From positions 1 to 38,981 of the IMG/VR virus record IMGVR_UViG_3300020043_003188: a DNA stretch of 38,981 nucleotides. One strand, given 5' to 3'. This DNA is from a virus (taxonomy: Duplodnaviria > Caudoviricetes). The position numbers were made by a program, and so were the translations under genes. Below, one piece after another: positions 32,237 through 38,981 of the stretch; within the stretch, counting starts at the first letter, position 1; every line of letters starts with the position of its first letter. Below the pieces are notes generated by a model, which saw nothing but the letters and a program-made list of their open reading frames with translations, was not told the DNA's origin and made no database searches.

Positions 32237-33040
32237 TTAGTCTTTCATATAGCTTAATTTTTCTTGATCTGCCCAAGGGACAAGAGAGGAAATGTTCTCA
32301 ATAGTCATACTTAGTTTTGGACAGTAAACAAACTTAGGTGATTGTTGGTTCCTATTGATGCAGTTAGTACAGGCATGAACATAATCAACATTGTGACGCT
32401 TGTCTATCTTTTCTCCCCAGACCCCATTGATTTTCTCGTAACGATCTTTATCATATGGAACATTATTTTCCTCAATATAATTCCAGATGTCTTCATGAGT
32501 CCAGTCACGAAGCGGAAACATCATCGTGGCTTGATCAGTCAAAACCCTTGATTCTATTCTTGTTCCAGCATCTCCACCTAAAATCGGGTCTGAGTCGCAT
32601 CCCTTATGACCAATCCACAGGCAATCAAATACTGGCACCTCAAGGTAATGCTGTTTTGGACGCTTAAGAATATCCAAAGCACAAGCAAATTTGGTGTCAC
32701 TTGTTGGCTCAGTAATACCAGTTGGGCAAGTTAAGATTGTTGAATTTACTCTGTAGTGATTCTGAACCTCCCACTCATCGCCTTCTTGTTGGAATGCCGA
32801 TTGATAAGGATGCCATGAGTAAACGAGCAGCTCCCAATCTTGCATAATTTTATCATGGAACTTATATTTCCATGGTTGCCAGGGCTCTCGGAAAAATACC
32901 AATGGCAACTCAATTCCCATGTCTCGCATGATATGCAACAAAACCATACTGTCCTTGCCACCAGACCAACAAATCATTCCTTTCGGAAAGTGCTTTGCGC
33001 CAGAGGCAATTAGCTGTTTTGTTTTTTCGAGCTTCGTCAT
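32237..33040 (-). CDS. PAPS reductase (CysH)-family / PP-loop protein
   Basis: WSGGKDSMVLLH, PLRDWT-EDIW-YI. Confidence 0.85.
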   Translation of the reverse strand: MTKLEKTKQLIASGAKHFPKGMICWSGGKDSMVLLHIMRDMGIELPLVFFREPWQPWKYKFHDKIMQDWELLVYSWHPYQSAFQQEGDEWEVQNHYRVNSTILTCPTGITEPTSDTKFACALDILKRPKQHYLEVPVFDCLWIGHKGCDSDPILGGDAGTRIESRVLTDQATMMFPLRDWTHEDIWNYIEENNVPYDKDRYEKINGVWGEKIDKRHNVDYVHACTNCINRNQQSPKFVYCPKLSMTIENISSLVPWADQEKLSYMKD

Positions 33041-34269
33041 TAAATAAGTCCTGCCCCTACTGCTGTGCCCCCTGCTGCCGCGCCTCCTGCTGCGGCTCCA
33101 CCACCTAAGAATGCTCCAATGCCGCCAGCAGAACCAATTCCAGCCATAAGGCCGCCACCAAGTGCGCCTAATCCACCGAATAATCCAGATCCATAAGAAG
33201 CCTGTGCTTGTGCGTTAGCTGCATTTGCCGCCACAATGTTCTGTCTTTGAGCAGCACCAAGATTAAGCGCAGATCCAACATCAAAAAGCTGAGGCTTACC
33301 AGCACCGATTGCGTCAAGTCCAAGGCCCATCATTTGATTGCCAACTTGGTAAGAAAGAGGCTGGCTTCCAAGCAATTGGAGACCCGGTGCAGTGTAGAAC
33401 TGACCAGCAGCTTGATATGCTCTCATTGCCTCGTCTCCAGCCAAGCCTCGAAGACCCATCCGCATTTTCTCAATGTCCTGCAATTGCCCAAGTCCAGCTT
33501 GTTGCATTTCTGCTGTGGCTTGTGCGCCCGCAAGGCGTTGCCCAAATAATCCTTGTTGTTCAGCCATGCGAAGATTAGCAAGATTCTGGCGTTGCTCAAA
33601 TGCTTGCTGACCGGCCTGTGATGCTTGCGCCCTTCGCCCAGCTAATGCAGCTTCACGGTTTTGGATCTCTGCGGCAATAGCCGCGTTCCCACCTAGTCTT
33701 CCAGCCGATTGTGCGGCCTCCCTCGCCGTTTGTTGCGACGAGCGTTGTTCCTGTGCAGAGAGCGCGCCGCGACGAGCGTAGGCTTCTTGCGCCATCTGGT
33801 TCGCCATTGCAGTATCTTGCTCCGCGGCTTGAATGGTTGGGTCAAAGGTCTGAGGACGAATCCCGTACATTCCAAGTGCCTCACCCATGCGCCCGGCATA
33901 AGCCCCTTCAGCACCTGCGGCTTGAGCGGCAAGGTCTTGCATGCTTTGAACTTGTGCAGCCTGCTCTGGAGACAACGACTCCATGAGTCCACGTGTCATT
34001 CCAGCTTGTCCCGTCATCTGACCAAGTTCAGCCTCACGCGCTGCCCCAAGTTGTTGCGCCGCACCTTGAGTGAACTGAGGTGAAAGACCAAGCATCCCCA
34101 ATCCAAATTGGGAAACATCAGCAAGGTTTTGACGCTGAAACTCTGGGCGATATTGTTGCTCAAATGACAAAATTCCTGGCATTGACTGCTGGAATGCCGA
34201 CAGCAACGAACTAATATCTTTGGAGTAGTCTGCTTTTGGAGCTGAAACTGATTTAGGCTTACTTCCCAT
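33040..34269 (-). CDS. Ejection (DNA transfer/pilot) protein
   Basis: MGS N-terminus, Q/A/G-rich body, Gly/Ala-rich hydrophobic C-terminus. Confidence 0.65.
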   Translation of the reverse strand: MGSKPKSVSAPKADYSKDISSLLSAFQQSMPGILSFEQQYRPEFQRQNLADVSQFGLGMLGLSPQFTQGAAQQLGAAREAELGQMTGQAGMTRGLMESLSPEQAAQVQSMQDLAAQAAGAEGAYAGRMGEALGMYGIRPQTFDPTIQAAEQDTAMANQMAQEAYARRGALSAQEQRSSQQTAREAAQSAGRLGGNAAIAAEIQNREAALAGRRAQASQAGQQAFEQRQNLANLRMAEQQGLFGQRLAGAQATAEMQQAGLGQLQDIEKMRMGLRGLAGDEAMRAYQAAGQFYTAPGLQLLGSQPLSYQVGNQMMGLGLDAIGAGKPQLFDVGSALNLGAAQRQNIVAANAANAQAQASYGSGLFGGLGALGGGLMAGIGSAGGIGAFLGGGAAAGGAAAGGTAVGAGLI

Positions 34270-34273
34270 TGGA

Positions 34274-34612
34274 TTAACTTTCTTTTAACTTTGAATAAAA
34301 CTTGTAAATGTCGTGAGTTCTTACGCGGTCGTTACCTTTAAAGCTGCGTTGGAATGCGATAAAGTCGTAGCTTTGAATATATTTAGATAACGCTCCTCGC
34401 ATATTTCCCGTGGAAAATGTAACAAACAAGGTGTCTCCATCATCAATATGGACTGCTTGAGTTGGGTTTTCACTGAACGAACTAAAGCCAATAGCAAAAC
34501 AATCCATATCGCAAACAACAATACCATGACATAAGTGCCATGTAAGAAGTTGTTGGAAGTCGATACCTTCTTGTTCATATGTTGCTATTGCTTTTGCTAA
34601 ATGCTTGTTCAT
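34274..34612 (-). CDS. Hypothetical protein
   Basis: 112 aa at the position where podoviruses often carry a GNAT-like gene; no motif recognised. Confidence 0.65.
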   Translation of the reverse strand: MNKHLAKAIATYEQEGIDFQQLLTWHLCHGIVVCDMDCFAIGFSSFSENPTQAVHIDDGDTLFVTFSTGNMRGALSKYIQSYDFIAFQRSFKGNDRVRTHDIYKFYSKLKES

Positions 34613-35877
34613 CCAATAACAATTATGTTATTTTCAGTAAAGTTTGCCACACCCCCACTTATATCATCCGTTTCAATTTCTATAGATGTTGTTGTGGCTG
34701 TTGTTCTATCAGCACATGCAAATCTTGGTGAGCCAGAAACTCCAGCACTAGATGTCACAATATAATTCGCGTTAGGCATTGCAACTGTAAATGTAATAGT
34801 AAACTTCCCAGATGCCGTTTTTAACACGCTAGTTACATTTCCAGACGAACGGATAAACCTGTTCGTTAGAGATGCATTTGTAGAACCAGAAGCGTCTCTG
34901 CTCGCATCGAAATTCACCCAAGCCCTAACCCCAAAAATCGGAGCAGATCCACTTTGGTTGCCATCTAGCTTGGCGGCGGTGATTGCGGAGTTGCTTACGG
35001 TTGATGCGGATGACGCGTTGCCAGTCACGTCACCAGTCACATTGCCAGTCAGCGGCCCAGCAAATGCGGTAGCAGTTACGGTTCCTCCAACTTGAAGTGT
35101 GGATGATGGTTCTCCCGAAACGCTTATCCCAACCCGTCCGCTTGATGAAAGTTTGAAGTTAAATCCTTCTGTGCTTCCCCATGGCGTGATGTGATAAAAA
35201 CTTTGTGAAGGAGTAGATGAATTTTCAACAAATCCAGTACTAGCTCCAGTGTTTGTTGCAGAAAAAGTGCCAAACACAAGCGATGAGTATGTCAGACCGG
35301 AAGCTGTGTATGAACTTTTAATTTTAGCGGATGGGTATCCAGTATCAGATATATCAAGCTTCAAACTAGGATTATTTGTCCCAACCCCCACATTCCCGCT
35401 TGCGGTGATACGCATGCGCTCAGTGCTACTAGTCCCCAATGAAATCACACCAGTAGATGTAGTATTGTACAATCCAATGCTGTCTTGCAAACCAGTTCCA
35501 GCTCCAATCCCAAAATCAGTTACAGCAACTGAACTGCCATTGTATTGCAGCATTCGAACACTTGCCCCATCTTGGCGTATTGTTTGACCACCAAAACTTG
35601 GAGAAATCTTTGTTCCAGCAATAGCTGCTGATGCGTTAATGTCAGCATTTACGATAGTGCCATCTACAATGTTTGCCGAAGTGATAGAGTTTTCAGCCAT
35701 TTCGTTAGATGTGATTCCGCCTCCATTAACTGCAAGCTTACCAGTTCCAGTTACCTGTAGCGTGGAACCTTGAATGGCATCGCTGGTAAATGTCGTCTCG
35801 TCGATAATGTTATTCAGCTTGCTGCTTGTAATAGTATCAGTGTTCTGAAATGTGTTGGTGGTGTTTACTACTCCCAT
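34609..35877 (-). CDS. Tail fibre protein
   Basis: IT--KLN, IVDGTIVNADI, ERMRIT-SGNVG-GT--P repeats, RAWVNFD...NV-SV-----G-FTI-F---M-NANY. Confidence 0.8.
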   Translation of the reverse strand: MGVVNTTNTFQNTDTITSSKLNNIIDETTFTSDAIQGSTLQVTGTGKLAVNGGGITSNEMAENSITSANIVDGTIVNADINASAAIAGTKISPSFGGQTIRQDGASVRMLQYNGSSVAVTDFGIGAGTGLQDSIGLYNTTSTGVISLGTSSTERMRITASGNVGVGTNNPSLKLDISDTGYPSAKIKSSYTASGLTYSSLVFGTFSATNTGASTGFVENSSTPSQSFYHITPWGSTEGFNFKLSSSGRVGISVSGEPSSTLQVGGTVTATAFAGPLTGNVTGDVTGNASSASTVSNSAITAAKLDGNQSGSAPIFGVRAWVNFDASRDASGSTNASLTNRFIRSSGNVTSVLKTASGKFTITFTVAMPNANYIVTSSAGVSGSPRFACADRTTATTTSIEIETDDISGGVANFTENNIIVIG

Positions 35878-35880
35878 AAC

Positions 35881-38373
35881 TTATTTCTGTGAAAGGATTT
35901 GTCTATTTGTAATGGAACCTGCCACTTGAATAGAGTGGATCTTAGGTGAACCAATGGTTCTTGTCAATGTGATAGTCCCCGTATAACCTCGAAGTCCGCC
36001 TAGCCTGCATCTAATACTGGCAGTTTCAGCCTCTCCGCTTGTGCTTGGAGACAATATTTGTCCGCCTAGGAAGGTTGTAGTTGACCCAATGCTCTCTGCA
36101 TTATCTGGATCTTCTGTGGCAAACGCTATGTCATATTCACCAAGCCCGCCTGCCAAGTTCTGCATTTGAATCTGCGCGTTCGTAAATCTTTTGCGCTCAA
36201 GCGTATTAAAATCGTAACCACGGCTTGTCACATATGAGTTGATTACTGGAGTAACGACATCCGTGTTATTGTTATCAACGCTCAAAATGTCATTTGACGA
36301 GTCAGATGCGTCAATCTGGTGCAAACCACCATTTGCGCTGACTGCATACAGGTTGTTACGCACACCAGCACTTGCCGTGATAAAGCTTTTGATCAAGAAC
36401 CTAGAGTCTCCGTAAGTGTCCAGCGACTCCCATCCCTTGTTCAAAAAATTATAGACCAAAACTGCGTTGTTTCCACGGGCATCGTTAGAATTAGGCGCGG
36501 CATCCAATGGTACTGCTAGGTAGTACCTGTTGTTGAACAGAATTGCCACTGACTTATCAGCTATATTCTTGTTGATTCTGTCAATGTACGGCTGGATGTC
36601 CTTAGAAAGCGGCTCCTCAGTACCACGAAGGTTGTAATCGTTAAGGAATGTGAGTCCGTAAACACCTTCGTCTGCCAAGAAAAGCATGTTGTTGGCCTGC
36701 ATGACCACGGACTTTCGTGCCAAGCACCCAACCTCGCTGGTTAGCTCCTTAACAACGGTATCTGTTAGACTTCCTTGGGTATTTGCGACAATATGCAAAC
36801 TATTGCGGTTTAAAACCACCATTGCGTCATCGTAGAACCCATGCATCGCAACCACATAGTCAGCAGTACCACCAGAAATGCGGAACTGATTCTCAATCTG
36901 GTCGAATGTGGTGGTGTCTAGAATGTCGGAAACTGCAATCTCATCGGTAATCTTCCTACTGGAATAGACGGGTGCGCTATATGCACCAGATTGGTCGTAG
37001 TAGAATGGAACAAATAACCTGCGCTGGAAGTATGTTCCCCAAGGTGCGCCCGGTTGATGCATAAACCCACCGCCCTCCGTAAATCTTCCACCAAACTCAA
37101 GTTGCTGACTGGAACTCCCAGATGAAATGTTTCCTACAGGGGCATAGAATGTCAGCGTTGTTGCAGTTGCGGAAACTACTTGAAATTGTTTTCCTACAAT
37201 TGATGTGAACTCTGGGATTGTCGCCTCATAAATAACAATAATATCGCCAGCAAAAATAGTAGTATTTCCTAAAGTAGCCTTGGTAACTGTGACCAATCCA
37301 CTTAACACGGTCACATCCGAACCAGTAACTATAAATGTTTGTGGTTGGGTATAAGCACCGCCGGGAGATAGTGTAAACCCATCAGTTATCGTAGCTACCG
37401 TTGTCACAAACGTAGTGCTTGTAGAAATCCCAGATGCCACAAAGGTAAATGTGTCTTGGTCAACAATTGGCGATGCCACCGTGAATGTACCATTTGGAGA
37501 TGTACCACCAGTAAGCCCAGCGATAACCACGGATGATCCAGCCGTAAGCCCGTGCTCACGAACCCTCATCGTTACCACAGTATTTGGACTAGCTGTGGCG
37601 TTTGATGATGCAGATATAACGGGCCTTCCGTTAGGATACCACTCCAAGGCTTGCTCTCCACCCCTAAATAGCATGATCTTGTCAAAGCATTGGATCATGT
37701 CACACTCACTGCTGACGGTCTCTCCAACAGGATATGGAATCGTAGTTGCCGTGTGAGGAGCAATCGTAGAAAGGTCGATCTTCTTGGCGAATGTCTCCAA
37801 CGCCACGATGATATACTCCTTATTGGACTCGTTGGGATCGGAGAACAGGCAGGATGCTAGAACCTCGCTGGCTGCGGCATCGTTAATGTTGATCTGGGTA
37901 ATCCTTGGTGTTGTGTCTAGTGCCACAGCGGTCACACCAGTAACAGGAAATGTCAATGTGTTGACAGTGGCGGCAGTAACTGCCTTCACCCCATTGTTGT
38001 TCGTTCCAGTAAATGTAAGACCGCTGACGATTAGGTTTCCCGGCAATCCAATACCCAATCCGTGATTCGTGGAAGTTGTAATAGTCACCACATTCGCGGC
38101 ATAGGACACCGCAGAAATCGTTAGGTAGTATGGGTTTGGGAGAATGTGAAAAGGAAGGCTCAACGGAACACCACCAGTAGTCAGCACAGGGCTAACAGAC
38201 ACCACGCTCTTGCGAGGCCTCCAGAAACCCTCCATTCGCCCGTTGACGCTCTCTCTAACCTCTCCGGGCTTCAACTGATTAAGCTGCAACCGCTGGTTTA
38301 CGCCGACAAAACCGCGATCACCATCTTCGGCAATCGAGTCGTCTAGCCCACCAGTAGACCTAAACTGGGACAT
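35881..38373 (-). CDS. Tail nozzle / tubular protein B-like with inserted beta-sandwich repeats
   Basis: GF-GVN-R, FQRRL, SD-LD, GCLARKSV, FL-D-GVY, PLS--IQ, NNRYYLAVP; T---HGL insert repeats. Confidence 0.7.
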   Translation of the reverse strand: MSQFRSTGGLDDSIAEDGDRGFVGVNQRLQLNQLKPGEVRESVNGRMEGFWRPRKSVVSVSPVLTTGGVPLSLPFHILPNPYYLTISAVSYAANVVTITTSTNHGLGIGLPGNLIVSGLTFTGTNNNGVKAVTAATVNTLTFPVTGVTAVALDTTPRITQININDAAASEVLASCLFSDPNESNKEYIIVALETFAKKIDLSTIAPHTATTIPYPVGETVSSECDMIQCFDKIMLFRGGEQALEWYPNGRPVISASSNATASPNTVVTMRVREHGLTAGSSVVIAGLTGGTSPNGTFTVASPIVDQDTFTFVASGISTSTTFVTTVATITDGFTLSPGGAYTQPQTFIVTGSDVTVLSGLVTVTKATLGNTTIFAGDIIVIYEATIPEFTSIVGKQFQVVSATATTLTFYAPVGNISSGSSSQQLEFGGRFTEGGGFMHQPGAPWGTYFQRRLFVPFYYDQSGAYSAPVYSSRKITDEIAVSDILDTTTFDQIENQFRISGGTADYVVAMHGFYDDAMVVLNRNSLHIVANTQGSLTDTVVKELTSEVGCLARKSVVMQANNMLFLADEGVYGLTFLNDYNLRGTEEPLSKDIQPYIDRINKNIADKSVAILFNNRYYLAVPLDAAPNSNDARGNNAVLVYNFLNKGWESLDTYGDSRFLIKSFITASAGVRNNLYAVSANGGLHQIDASDSSNDILSVDNNNTDVVTPVINSYVTSRGYDFNTLERKRFTNAQIQMQNLAGGLGEYDIAFATEDPDNAESIGSTTTFLGGQILSPSTSGEAETASIRCRLGGLRGYTGTITLTRTIGSPKIHSIQVAGSITNRQILSQK

Positions 38374-38633
38374 TATGCGTAATACGCAATAACCGTACCA
38401 GAGCTGATTTGAACTTTGGTAAAGATACCACCAATGCCAGCACCAGCAGCAAGTGTCTTGCCATCAAGGTTGGAAATGTCATCCAAGTTACCAGCAGTCT
38501 CACCAGCACCAGACTCAATTACACTGTCAGTAATTGCTTGAATCCAACGGAATAGACCAGTCGCACTGTCAGCACCAGTAAGCACGATGCCACCCATTTG
38601 GCCTTGTAATTGATATGAATCGCCTCTAGGCAT
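38373..38633 (-). CDS. Small virion-type hypothetical protein, first late gene
   Basis: 86-aa beta-rich protein ending SGTVIAYYA; TAATG overlap. Confidence 0.7.
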   Translation of the reverse strand: MPRGDSYQLQGQMGGIVLTGADSATGLFRWIQAITDSVIESGAGETAGNLDDISNLDGKTLAAGAGIGGIFTKVQISSGTVIAYYA

Positions 38634-38845
38634 AATCGTAATAAAGTATCTAAGCGCAAGACCATCCCGCGCTCAACCAACCAATTACCATAACATTACC
38701 AACTCTGTCAACAATAAACACAATAACCCCGATCACGCACATTCCTAGCAAAAACACTAGACCAGCCTAGTAACATTACCACTCGGGAACATCAGCCCCA
38801 TTGTAACAATTTTTCTGGGGCAGGTTTATGGATAGTAATGTAAAA

Positions 38846-38878
38846 AACTTTTCGCCGGTCGACCCCCTCCCCCCATAC
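38846..38878. repeat. 33-bp element, putative terminal repeat or packaging site (copy 2)
   Basis: Exact reverse complement of 4796-4828. Confidence 0.9.
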
Positions 38879-38981
38879 TACCTAACGATTTCTGCGGTGT
38901 CCTATGCCGCGAATGTGGTGACTATTACAACTTCCACGAATCACGGATTGGGTATTGGATTGCCGGGAAACCTAATCGTCA
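38872..38981 (+). repeat. 110-nt fold-back copy of 38025-38134
   Basis: Exact reverse complement, joined through a 7-nt microhomology CCCATAC. Confidence 0.95.

Noticed and set aside
38872-38981. Fold-back end as a covalently closed hairpin telomere
   Set aside because: The arms are ~740 nt apart and joined by a 7-nt microhomology, and no protelomerase is visible. This is typical of a template-switch chimera.

Overview
The window is essentially one complete ~38 kb genome of a tailed dsDNA phage with podovirus-type architecture: portal, scaffold, SU10/DUF5309-like capsid, tubular tail proteins, ejection proteins, and no tape measure protein. Three blocks are visible: small early genes (1-4.2 kb, minus strand), a recombination/replication block (4.8-11.9 kb, plus strand) and a late block (12-38.6 kb, minus strand). 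The contig is rearranged. A 33-bp G-rich element at 4796-4828 recurs inverted at 38846-38878 and looks like the genome terminus. Segment 1-649 is a ~93.5% identical inverted allele of 4823-5471, and the last 110 nt fold back onto 38025-38134. Flipping 650-4828 gives a ~38.2 kb linear genome with a short direct terminal repeat. The most interesting signal is the ~1 kb non-coding island at 19863-20841. It holds a candidate ~100-nt sRNA (UUCG hairpin, U-rich linker, terminator) whose linker is complementary to the start regions of at least seven phage genes. It also holds a promoter-driven pseudoknot/terminator RNA and arrays of short palindromes. All protein calls are motif recognition by eye; no database searches were run.
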